Assembly: GCA_965198115.1 (NCBI GenBank)
Contig: OZ240241.1
Span: 1,728,001-1,792,000, forward strand
Direction of reading: 5' to 3'
Length of the DNA: 64,000 nucleotides
DNA from: Candidatus Latescibacterota bacterium
GTDB lineage: Bacteria; Latescibacterota; UBA2968
The position numbers and the translations under genes were made by a program. Within the stretch, counting starts at the first letter, position 1. Every line of letters begins with the position of its first letter. Below the pieces are notes generated by a model. It searched no databases. It saw only the letters and a list, made by a program, of their open reading frames with translations, and was not told the DNA's origin. Below are positions 20,658 through 31,733 of this stretch, one piece after another.

Positions 20658-21731
20658 TCGCCAGGGCCGGACGTGGTCTCGAGCCATTGGCAAGCTCCTG
20701 ATCGGATCGGAGGACGGCCCACCCGTCAGTTCGCGACAGACGGGAGATTTCGTCCAATACTGTCTATCGCAGGGCGTCGGTCCGCTCGTCTGCGACGCGC
20801 TGTCCAGATCGGAGGAGCACGCGTCGATCGCGGCAGCTCTTCGCCCGACGCACGCGGCTTCGCTGTCGCAACATCTCAAGTGCGAGCGTCTGCTGCACCG
20901 CCTCTCGAGCGAGGCAGGGACCCGAGGTCTCTCCGCGTGCGTGCTCAAGGGACCGACTCTCGCAAAACTCTACGGGGACCCGACAAGAAGGCCCATGAGC
21001 GATCTGGATCTGTGGGTCCTACCCGGAGAATCGTCTCCCTGGCGGCGACTTCTCCTCGATCTCGAGTTCAAAGCTCCCTCACCATCGAATGTTTATGTTT
21101 CCCCACTGGGTCAAATCGATCTCCACACGTCATTGGTGAACGCTTCCCGGTTCCCGGAGAGACAGGTGGTCTTCAACCTGGGCGAAACCGCGGCCAGAGC
21201 GCGAAGTCTCTCGATTCCGGGTCTTCCAACGCTGACCGAACTGAGCCCGCCCGACAGCTTGCTCCACTCGGCCGTTCACGGCCTCAAGCACGGTTTTTCG
21301 AAGCTTATCTGGCTGTGCGACATTGTGCTCCTTGCCCGGACACTCACCGAAGATCAGTGGGCCCACATCGGGCGTAAGGTCGACTTGAAACCACTCGTGC
21401 GTCTGACTGCCAGCATCGTTCGGGCCCATCTCGGAATTGCTCTGCCCGATTGGCCATCCGATCTTCGCCAGATCGGGTCTCGTGAGCGGTTTTTTTCCAG
21501 ACTTTGTATGAATCCGGCACTCGTCTCGCTGGCCGAACCTTCCTACATTTACCTCGGGCTGCGAAAGACCTCCGACCGAAGGGGTTACGCGAAGCGGTTG
21601 TGTTCCCCCACGACGCGCTCGCGGAGATCGAAACCCTTTGGGGCCATCCTGCCGACTCCGTCCGGGCCCGTATCCGACGCCTCGGGGATGTCCTCAAGGC
21701 CGGCCTGGAGGCCCTGCACCACGTTGGTTGA
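20632..21731 (+). CDS. Nucleotidyltransferase family protein (PF14907-like), frameshift near 21600; start uncertain
   Basis: LKGPTLAKLYGDPTRRPMSDLDLWV, IDLH, HSAVHGLKH, WLCD. Confidence 0.85.
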
Positions 21732-21766
21732 CCCCTCTGTCTCCCCTCCCTACCAAAGAGATTCCC

Positions 21767-22462
21767 ATGCTTCGGAATGTAAGAGACGCCGCCTTACCGC
21801 TGTTTCTATGCGCTTCTCTGATTCTGGCCTCCTGCGCTCCCTCCGTCGTGCAGATCAGGCCGCCCTACCCCGACAAGGTCCGTCCTGGCGACGGCGTAAA
21901 GGTCAGCCTGAAATCGGGCAAAGAGGTTTCGGGTCGAGTCACCTACGTGGACGGATCGGTCATGGTGGTGCGAACGCCAAAACAGACGGTTTCGGAGACA
22001 CCCGTCAAGGAAACGCGGTTTGGAACAACCATCACGTGGCCAGAAGTAACTGCGATCAAGGTTGCCGGAACGCTCGATAGTACCAGCCGGCTCATCTCGA
22101 ACGAGGAAATCCGAATCAACCACAGAACGAATCACCGTCGAAATTTTACGGTGAACTTAGGACTTCTGGGCTCTGCTGCGGCCTTTTTGATCGCCTCCAG
22201 CCTGCAGGATCAGGTGGCTTCACCCTTCGATCCCTCCAAAGACCACGCCCGAGGTCGGGCGACATTCTGGACAACCTGGCTCCTCGGATCCACTGCAGCT
22301 GCCACGGGTGGATATTATCTTGGTAGACAGATCGACCGCAGTAAGGCGATCCAACGCATCGAACGGCTCCGCGCCCAACTCAGACGCTCCACACAGGATT
22401 CGATGCGAGCCTCCTACAGCAAATCAGTCTTCGGCACGCCTCTCGAGCATCCACCACGCTGA
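21767..22462 (+). CDS. Hypothetical lipoprotein
   Basis: Lipobox ILASC; SH3/LSm-like N-terminal part; two C-terminal hydrophobic segments. Confidence 0.6.
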   Translation: MLRNVRDAALPLFLCASLILASCAPSVVQIRPPYPDKVRPGDGVKVSLKSGKEVSGRVTYVDGSVMVVRTPKQTVSETPVKETRFGTTITWPEVTAIKVAGTLDSTSRLISNEEIRINHRTNHRRNFTVNLGLLGSAAAFLIASSLQDQVASPFDPSKDHARGRATFWTTWLLGSTAAATGGYYLGRQIDRSKAIQRIERLRAQLRRSTQDSMRASYSKSVFGTPLEHPPR

Positions 22463-22513
22463 AAAGCCCCGCGAGCCCTTATATCTATTTTTGTCTACTT
22501 ATTTCTATTTTAG

Positions 22514-22542
22514 TTGACTTTTGATTGTTTTGTGGGTAGACT
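22514..22542 (+). promoter_or_regulatory. Putative sigma70 promoter of wza-wzc
   Basis: TTGACT-17 nt-TAGACT in an AT-rich gap. Confidence 0.5.
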
Positions 22543-22576
22543 ATACCCAAAGCTCCAAAAACCCACGGGGATTCGT

Positions 22577-23749
22577 ATGCTCGCGAAAATCGTGATAACG
22601 CTGCTGCTCGCTTTGCCTCCCACGGCGTGGGCGGATGACGACCAGATCGTGGACGCCGACGGCCTGACGATTCCGACTTCGCCGACCCGGCAGCCTTACG
22701 TCATGATCAACGGCTTTCCAAATACAAGGTCGGCCCAGGGGACATTTTAGAGGTCATCACTATCGAGGGTGAAGATCGAAAAGTCGAAACAGCCAGAATC
22801 CTTCCTGACAGCACGCTCTCCTTCGGCATCCTGAATCAAGTCAAGATCGGCGGACAGGCCCTTTCGGTTGCCGAAAACACGCTAGTGAAGGCGCTGGGCG
22901 AATACATCCGAAATCCGCAGCTGCGGGTGGTGATGAAGGAGTATTTTAGCAGTTCCGCCTCGGTTTTCGGAGCCATAAACACCTTGTCCGCCACCCTTCA
23001 GGGCACACGGACAGGCCCGGGTGTCTACCCCCTAACCGGGCGTATTCGCGTTCTCGACCTCATTCTGCAAGCTGGAGGACCGACGACCGACGCGCGTCTG
23101 GATCAGGTCAGACTGACCCGTCAGAACCGTACCTTCTCACTCGACGTGCAAAAGGCCATCACCCGCGGGGACTTTCAACAGAACATCTTCGTCGAAAGCG
23201 GTGACGTCATCCAGGTGGGGGGCATCTCGCAGGCCGACCGACGGATCGTAGTCCTCGGCGAAGTCAGCAGTCCGGGTGTCTTCAACCTTTCCAGCGAGGC
23301 CAGCGTCTTCGAGGCCCTTGCGGCCTCCAGGGGCTTCACCGAAGTTGCTGCCGCCAGCCGGATGCGCATCATCCGTCGCGTGGATCCGAAGAATCCGACC
23401 ATCATCACGGTCAATGGGAACAGGATTCTACACGGCGATCTTTCTCAGAACATCGGGCTGGTAGATGGCGATATTGTTGTCGTACCTCAGGACCGTTACA
23501 CAGACCTGACCGACATGCTGAACAAGCTGCAGCCGCTTCTGGCGTTCGGTGGGCTCGTCACGACCGAGCCACTCATCAGCATTGGTGGGTATCAAGTCAA
23601 CGAACCCGGGCTGAACATCAATACCACTTCGCCGACCCCGGCAACCGCAGCGGCCGGACTCATCGACACGGGTGCTCTTACAACCCTTCAGCAGCAGCAG
23701 GCGGTCCGTCGACAGGGTTCAGGCCGATCTGAAGGGGAGCAGAAAGTAA
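22577..23749 (+). CDS. wza: Polysaccharide export protein with SLBB domains (frameshifts near 22730 and 23705-23745)
   Basis: Signal peptide; YKVGPGDILEV...ILPDSTLSF (Poly_export); two SLBB repeats (GPGVY...AGG, GEVSSPGVF...GDIVVVP). Confidence 0.75.
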
Positions 23750-24589
23750 ACGATGCCCCAGTACGACGTCACCCTCCGCGATTATTGGCGGATCCTGAAC
23801 AGCGGAAGATCATCGTCATCTTCGCGACGGTCATGCTGGGCCTGACGAGCTACACGGCCTATATGTCGACCCCACAGCTCCGCTACGAATCGACGGCAAA
23901 GCTCCAATACGCCGAAGCGAAGAGTGCCCAGGAAGCCTATATCCAGGCGCTGGGATCGGCTGATGCGCTCGAGACGGAGCAGGCCGTCATTACGAGCTAC
24001 CCGGTCCTGGAGCGAGTGGCCCACGAGCTGGGGTTCGTAGACACGCTATCGGCGACCTACGAGGTGCGCATCCAGAACATCCTGCGTCTTCAAGGCAAGG
24101 TTCGAACGGCCGTCGAGGGCTTGACGAGTATCCTCACGATCACCGTCACCGACACCGATCCGGATCGAACTCAGACCATCGCCAACAAGATCGCTACGGT
24201 CTACGAAGACTACAGCTACCGCAAGAAAAACGCCCAGCTGATCGGGTCCCGAACCTTTATCAAAAACCAGCGTGACACCGTGCGGGCACGGCTGCTGAGG
24301 TCTCAGAACCGTCTCAAAGACTTTCAGGAGGAGACGAAGATCGTCTCGGTGGATATACAGATCGATCAGGTGCTGGACGAGCTCAACGCGATGAGGGACG
24401 ACCTGCTCGAAACGTCCCGGCTGGTCGAGTCTATCAACGAGATCCTGAATGCCTACGGTCGGGCGGGCAGGATCGCAGAATCGCTCATCCTCAGCGTACC
24501 CCCCGAACAGGGGGGTACGCGATTCGCCCAACTCAACGCGCAGCTCCAGCTGCTGAACGAGAAGCGCAGCCGACTCCTCGTCAATTTTA

Positions 24590-26009
24590 GGCTATATCCG
24601 GATCTCTCAACGAGATGAAGTGGGTGAAGGTGCCGTGGTTCCTGGCATGGGGGCGCGGTTAGCGTGTGCGGAACCTCTTCGGAATCTGCTCAGGGATGTT
24701 TAGGTCTCCGACGGTAAGGAAGATCATATCGTTGAATGCGTCGAGTGTGCGGAATCCGCTGGCTCGGTTCTTGACGATTTGGACGATTCGGTTGAGGCCT
24801 TCGGCGATGGCGTTGGTAAGACGCGTGTTCACGAATGCGAGGACGCCGAAGAAGTGCTGTCGCAGGGTCCTGACGAACTTTCGCAGGGGTTCAAGTCGAC
24901 TTCTGAGTGCGGACGTCGTCCAGCATTTCAGGAAGCGTTCGGCAGCCCAGGGCGCTTTGTATTCCCAGAACTGCTCGAACTCGTCCTTGAGTCTCCAGGC
25001 TCTATAGATTCGGTAGTTCGCCTTCTCCAGTGCTTTGAGTGTCCGAGTATCCCCTCTGGAGCGTGTCGCTGAGTGCCGGTAGAGGAGCCATCGGAGGCCC
25101 TTCATGGCTTTGCGCTCATCCGGGGCAGCTTTACGCCACTGGTCCTTACGGACCTCGTCAACGGCGGCATTGAGAGCCTTGACGATGTGAAAGCGATCGA
25201 GGACCAGCTTGGCATTCGGACAGTGTTCCTGGATGGCTCCGATGTAAGCTTCGCTCATGTCGCAGCAGGCCCACTCGATCTTGGATCTCTGGTAGGGACT
25301 GAGAGCCTCTGTGAAGAACCGATCGATCGTTTTACGCGCCCTGCCGCGGCCAACCCACACCACGCAGGAGCGGTCCAGATCGTAAACGAGCGTGGCGTAC
25401 CTGTGACGCTTGGCGTAGGAGATCTCGTCGATCCCGATGGTTTTGAGCCCTCGGATACGATGACCTTCACGAAGCCGCGTGATGGATCGGTGAAGGAGAT
25501 CCGACAGCGTCGAGGCAGAGATGCGCAGCAACTCGGACGCCGCCTTCTGCGTCATGGTCTGGCAGTAGCGCAGCATGGCATACTCGAAGCGATACGTCAC
25601 CCGAGAGAACCGCTCCGCCCACGGAATCTCCTCGACCACACGACCGTGGGTAGGACACCGAATCTCCCGAGGATGGTAGAGAAGCCAGACCCTCCACCCG
25701 CACACCGGAATGTCACGCCACCGACGCGGATGGGGCATTGTGCGGACGATTTTACCTCGACGGCCGCACTCCGGACAACAACAACCATTCTTATGGGGCT
25801 TTACGGCGATGACGAAACAGCTTCTCCCCTCAAACCACCAGCTGACAACACGGAACCCCTTGAATCTCAGCAGTTTCGATAGTAATCTGCTCCCGGTCAT
25901 AGGTCGCACCCCCTTCGCTTTGATTGTCCTACACACACAACCAAGCGTAGGGAACGATCTATGACCTTGTCATTCTATAGTTTCACCGTTGAGAAACCCG
26001 GATAGAGCC
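24590..26009 (-). mobile_element. ISL3-family element (transposase 24659-25936)
   Basis: Zn finger CPECG, IGIDE, CDM, DRFH, EGLN; IR GGCTATATCCGGATCTCTCAACG; 8-bp DR CAATTTTA. Confidence 0.95.
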
Positions 26010-27564
26010 CAATTTTACACCCAAACATCCCCAGATTGTCGACATCGATGCGAGTATCGGTGTCGTCCTGGACGAAATGGTCAACAGCCTCAGACTGCAG
26101 CGCGAGATCCTGGGTAAGCGGCAAAAGACGCAAGAGCGCATCGTTCGAGATCTCGAGAATGAGTACGCCGACCTTCCGGAGCTCAGCATTCAGCTCGGCG
26201 AGCTCGAACGGGATGTAAGAACCCACGAGAGCCTGCTCCTGGTTCTGGAAGAGGAATACCAGGAGGCTCAGATTCTGGAGAACGAGGAAATCAGAGCGAT
26301 TACCATCCTGCAAAAGGCGCTCAAACCGACCTCTCCACTGAATCCTTCCACCCCACGTACATCCGCCGGCATCGGCGCCCTCCTGGGACTGATCCTGGGC
26401 GTGGTCTTCGCCTTCGTCGCCGAAACACTCGATACCTCCATAGGCACGATCCAGGATGTCGAGGAGTTTCTGGAAGTCTCAGTGGTCGGAATCATCCCGC
26501 AGGTGGATATCGACGACATGCGGGAGGCGCTCATTCGAAGCGGCGTCGAAGAGATCGATCCAGAGCTGCTCGAGCGGCGTATGCGGCTGGCCGCGCACTT
26601 CGAACCCCAGTCGACGATCGCAGAGAGCTACAGGGCTCTCCGAACCAACATTCAGTTCGCTAACCTGGATAAAGGGGCCAAGGTGATCTCGATCTCCAGC
26701 TCCTCGCACCAGGAAGGCAAGAGTACGACGACCGCCAATCTCGCGATGACCCTAGCCCAGGCCGGGAATCGCGTCTTGGTGGTCGATGGCGACCTTCGGC
26801 GACCCACGATTGCCAGAATCTTCGGTCTCGACCGAGAACCGGGTTTGACCGATGTGATCCTCGGAAACTACGGGTGGCGTGAAGTCGTCCGGACGGTCAC
26901 CGACATCATGGTGGGTGGGCTCGGCATGGAAGACATCATGATGACGCCGGGCATGGACAACCTGAACATCATCACGAGCGGTGTCATACCACCCAACCCG
27001 GCGGAGATCACGGATTCGCGCCGTATGGGTGAATTCCTCCAGGAAGTGAGAGAGGCCTACGACGTGGTTCTGGTCGACTCTCCCCCCATCCTCCAGGCCA
27101 CCGATGCCACGATTCTGGGCACCAAGGTCGACGGTGTCCTGCTCGTTTACAAGATCGGTAATGTGAGTCGGAGCGCCCTGAGACGTGCCAAGCTCCAGCT
27201 CGACAACGTCAACGTCGTGGTCATGGGTGTCGTCATCAACGGGCTGAAAGCCGAAATCAGCGAAGATTTCCGGGATCTAAGATACTACTCCTACTACAGC
27301 TACGGCAGCCAGGCGACTGAGAGCGGCAACCCGATCGTCCGCGAATTCAACAGACTCAAGCGACGAGGTGAATCGGCCTACAGAACCGTTCTCGTACAGG
27401 CACAGAGCCTGCTCGCTCTGGTCGGCATCGAGGTCAACCTGGACGAAGTAGAAGAGCCTCAACGACCCGAGGGGGAGCCCCCCCCTTTATCGCTACCACA
27501 GTTGGTTGTGCGTCTGATCATCTGGGGCCTGATCGGGCTCTTCCTCCTGATGGGCCTCATGTGG

Positions 27565-27626
27565 CAAGCCGGATTCTTGGGACAGCGTAGAGCTTCAAGC
27601 CGGATTCTTGGGACAGCGTAGAGCTT
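27565..27626 (+). repeat. Perfect 31-bp tandem duplication
   Basis: CAAGCCGGATTCTTGGGACAGCGTAGAGCTT x2. Confidence 0.95.
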
Positions 27627-28146
27627 CCAGGGATTTCCCTTCAACGACATCATTCGCGAACCTGCCAGAAAAGGCGACTGTCACAGATGCAGTCGTGGAG
27701 GAAGAAACGGCACCTGTTTCACCACAACCCCTGCAGACCAAGGAACCCGAAAAAGTGCTCGCACCACGCGTCCCCCCCGCGCTCCAGTCGTCAGGAACAC
27801 GATCCGACATCACCGCAATCACGCAGGGTAGATTCGGGGTTCATCTAGCCTCTTTCCGAACCGTGGGAAGCGCCCGGAAAGGTCTCCAGAAGGTTGCGGC
27901 CCGTGGATTCGAGACGGACATCGTGCCGATCGACTTGGGCAGTCGTGGAACCTACTATCGACTCATTGCCGGATCCGCTTCATCTCGGGAGCAGGCAGGA
28001 GAGGTAGTGGCGAAACTGCGTGTGCACGGTCTCGGTGAATACGCTCGCGTTATAGAACTAGCGGGTCGGTAATCCGCTACCCCGGTGTGCTGGACAACCT
28101 AACGTAGGTCCGGTCACCGCCGCCAGCTTTCCGTTTCGAGTCGCCC

Positions 28147-29394
28147 ATGCTCCGTGCGCCTGCCCAAGATTCGTCTCCTGTCATCTACGCCGTGATGGCC
28201 ACGCTCGGCGTGCTCGCCGTCGTGATCGGAACGACCGTACCCAGTCTTTCACCCATCGTCAGTCTCGGCGTCGTGGGGGGTTGGTCGTCTTCATCGGGAG
28301 CTTTGCCTCCACCCGCTTCGCGCTCTTCGTACTGATCTTCGCCACGCTCCTCTCCCCCGAATTCGGAAGTAGATCGACGGGCGGAGGCGATGTGACGCTT
28401 CGTGTGGACGACTTCCTCCTGCTCCTGATTGGCTTTTCACAACTCACGAAAGCTGCCGTCAATCGTGACATCGGAATTTTCGTCTGGACGCCGCTGAACA
28501 GATACATCACGTATTACATTCTCGTCTGCGTTTTCTCGACCGGCATCGGAATGATCGCAGGTCGTGTTCAGCCACTGACGGGCTTCTTCTTCGTCATGAA
28601 GTATTTTCAGTACTATATCGTCTACTTCATGATGATCAACAACATCAACAACCGGGAGCAGGCCAAGCAGTTCCTCGTCGCCATCTTCCTGACGGCAGCG
28701 ATCGTCTCCGTCATCGCCATCGCCCAGATTCCCGGAGGTGGGCGCGTCGTTGCCCCGTTCGAAGGGGAGTCGGGCGAGCCCAACACCCTTGGGGGCTACC
28801 TCTTGCTGATGATGTCGGTCGCCAGTGGTCTGCTTGTCGTTCGGAACGCCGTTACAGCACTCGCACACAAAGTCGCTCTGGTCGGATTCATCGGGTTGAT
28901 GGGCGTCCCGATTCTGTTCACGCTCTCGCGCGCGACCTGGTTAGCCGCCATTCCGGTTGTCATACTGATCTGGATCTTCTCCTCCAGGAAAGGTATTCTG
29001 ACTCTGCTGATGATTGCAGGCCTGCTGATCGCTCCAGCCTTTACGCCAGAAAGTGTGGAGGAGCGCCTCCTCTATACCGTAGAGCGCCAGACGAATAGAT
29101 GGGCCCGTGCCCAGCAGGTCAGCTATCTGGGAGTCACCTTCGACACATCCTCCTCTGCAAGGATCAACGCGTGGATGTCGGCGTTCCAAGACTTCCCGAA
29201 CCACCCCCTGGTGGGCTACGGGGTCACAGGGTGGCGTTTCATCGATGCCCAATACTTGCGGATATTGCTCGAAACGGGCCTACTTGGCCTGTCAACGTTC
29301 CTGCTTTTGCAATGGCGGGTCCTACGGGAATCGTGGCGCACATATCGAGAGGTCGACGATCCCATGTTTCAGGGAGTAGCAGCCGGGTTCATCA
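28147..29394 (+). pseudogene. O-antigen ligase/Wzy-like polymerase, frameshift at a G-run near 28280, 3' end truncated by IS630
   Basis: EPNTLGGY, TLSRATW, SSSARINAW, HPLVGYG, ETGLLG; multiple TMs. Confidence 0.8.
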
Positions 29395-30113
29395 TTCGAG
29401 GCTGGCGGTAGGGTAACGTGCTTGCGAGCTCGTGCTTGAATACTGGTCTTTTCGTCGGCAGAAAGTACATATTCCCTCGGCCCTAAAGGCTTTCCTTGCC
29501 ATTGGCGGTGATACAGATCAAGGACTCTACCTGCTTTGGTTTGGAAGTCCGGGTCCCGTGGGAAAATCCAGGAGCGATGATACCAAGGACGAATCGCGTC
29601 CTCGTTCAACCAGCGCCAGACAGTGGCGCCGCTGATCTTGGCAACGAAGCCCCTTTGCACTGCCTCGGCGGCAATCTCGGAACAGCTGAACCGCGAGAGC
29701 GGTATCCCGCTCTCGCTCGGTAGTTCACACGCCAGCGCCTTGATCTGAACGACCACCTGAGGGGGGAAAACCGGGCGGGCGCCCGGGACGAGATCTATCT
29801 TCGAGTCCCGAAAGACGCTCTTCGAAAAAGCGCTTACGCCATTTGCTTACGATCGGACGCGGGACATCCAACCGTTGGGCGATAATCTTGTTGGATAATC
29901 CCTCGGCGGCGAGAAGCACGATTTTCGATCGGATCACTTGATAATACGGTAACGTATATTGTCCAGCCATTCGCTCGAGGTCGACCCGTTCCTTCTCAGA
30001 CAGTAGCACCACATAAGGCGAACGTCTTGGCATTGTTCTCCTCCTTTTGAAGGAGAACATAAGCTACAAATAATGTTCAGAACATACGTAATAATATTTA
30101 TTAAACCATGCAC
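29395..30113 (-). mobile_element. Truncated second IS630 copy
   Basis: Near-identical to 12843-13561; left IR GTGCATGG at 30113; DDE half missing. Confidence 0.92.
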
Positions 30114-30322
30114 TAAGGGCTTCCGGGCGGCGGCCGTGCGCCGAACCCTTACGCAGGACGGCCTGTGCGGGACGAGGGGCCGTGGTCGGCCCGCGCCGCC
30201 CGTGCCACGCTTTGCATACGGCGGTATCGAGGTCTGGGACGGAGCAGGCCCCCTACCCCTAGAATGTCCCTCCGACGAGTCCGACCGCCGCCGAACACCT
30301 CATCGCACAACCACCACGCACG

Positions 30323-31675
30323 CTATTCGCCACTCTTGGAGAGCTGTGGACGGAGCAGGAGATGGAGCACGAGGACACCCGCGAGCAGGACGCCCGCGAT
30401 CGCCGGCGCCCGCCAGTCGCCAGCCCCGACCCGGGCCGCGAACATCGCGAAGCAGACGACCGCGCCGAGTGCGGGCACGGCGATCGGCAGCTCGAAGCCG
30501 CCCTCGGGTTCACCGGGTCTGAGCTTCAGGATGACAAGCGCACTGTTTACGACCGAGAACACCAGAAGGAGGAGGAGCACCGTAGCCGAAGCCAGCTGCG
30601 AAATGTCGCCCGACAGGATCAAGAGCACGATCACCGCAAAGATGAGCGCCACAGCGACATGGGGCGTGCGGCGCGCCGGATGGACCTTGCAGAGAACTCG
30701 CGGCAGCTGTCCGTCGCGCGCCATGCCATACAGGAGACGTGAGGCGGTCACATAGTTGATCAGCCCGGTATTCGCCACCGCGAAGATGGTAATCGCAATG
30801 AACATCCAGGCCGGGAACCAGGGCGCCGCGCGCGCCACGACTTCGACCAGCGGCGCATTGGCCTCCGCCAATACCTGCCACGGCACCACCGAGACCGCGC
30901 TGATCGACACGCCCATGTAGATGAGGACGGTCAGCACCAGGGCCGACACGAGACCGAGCGGCATGTTACGCCGCGGATTCTTTAATTCCTCGCCGACGTT
31001 GATCGCATCTTCGAACCCGAGGAAGGAATAGAAGGTGAGCACGACTCCCTGGACCAGGAACACGAGGGGAAGGCCCGCCTCGGTCTCCGGAAGGGAAGGA
31101 AACTCCATCAGGTTCGCCGAACCCCAGAAACGCAGGCAGACTGCGATCACGAACAGCAGGCCCGCCGCTTCCACCAATGTGAAGACGACATTGGCCCACA
31201 TGGATTCCCGGATACCGCGGTAGACGAGGGCACCCACGAAGATGAGATAGATGAAGGCCAGCATGCCGGTCGGCAGACCTTGGAGAGCGGGTAAGGCCTG
31301 CAGGTTCTCACCCACGACGCGCGCGCCGGCGGCGATCGAAGTGAAGCCGGAACACGCCACGCTGAGGCCTACGACATGGGTCAGCAGGGTGCGGCGATAG
31401 GCGCGGTGGGTAATATAAGCCGCACCGCCCGCGCGCGGGTAGCGCGAGCCGAGCGAGGCATAGGACAACCCCGTCAGCCCCGCCGCGACCATGGATAGCG
31501 CGAAGGCCAACCAGATCGCAGAACCCATCTCGGCAGCAACCTGCCCCAGCAAACCGTAGATGCCGGCGCCCAGCATGCTGCCCGCTCCGTAGAGCGTCAT
31601 TTGCCACAACCCTATGCTGCGCCGAAGCGTCGGTTCTCCGCTGGCCGCTCCCGGCGGCTTGCCAGACTGTTCCAT
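30323..31675 (-). CDS. APC-family amino acid permease
   Basis: GSMLGAGIY, YPRAGG, SFLGFE, EELKNPRRN, SRLLYGMARDG. Confidence 0.9.
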   Translation of the reverse strand: MEQSGKPPGAASGEPTLRRSIGLWQMTLYGAGSMLGAGIYGLLGQVAAEMGSAIWLAFALSMVAAGLTGLSYASLGSRYPRAGGAAYITHRAYRRTLLTHVVGLSVACSGFTSIAAGARVVGENLQALPALQGLPTGMLAFIYLIFVGALVYRGIRESMWANVVFTLVEAAGLLFVIAVCLRFWGSANLMEFPSLPETEAGLPLVFLVQGVVLTFYSFLGFEDAINVGEELKNPRRNMPLGLVSALVLTVLIYMGVSISAVSVVPWQVLAEANAPLVEVVARAAPWFPAWMFIAITIFAVANTGLINYVTASRLLYGMARDGQLPRVLCKVHPARRTPHVAVALIFAVIVLLILSGDISQLASATVLLLLLVFSVVNSALVILKLRPGEPEGGFELPIAVPALGAVVCFAMFAARVGAGDWRAPAIAGVLLAGVLVLHLLLRPQLSKSGE

Positions 31676-31733
31676 GGGCTCCCCCCTATTTTGCTTTTGC
31701 CTTGCGCTCCCGATGCCACTGGTGTGGCACGGT

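Larger units (their letters stand above)
23753..28072 (+). pseudogene. wzc: Wzc co-polymerase/BY-kinase with an additional C-terminal TM and SPOR domain; broken by ISL3 and a 31-bp duplication
   Basis: MPQYDVTLRDYWRIL; rejoined FTPKHP; GALLGLILG; AESYRALRTN; EGKST; DGDLRRP; DSPP; Tyr cluster YYSYYSYG; then TM and SPOR-like GVHLASF...YYRLIAG. Confidence 0.85.

Noticed and set aside
27565-27626. CRISPR repeat
   Set aside because: Two units with no spacer, inside a CDS; no cas genes
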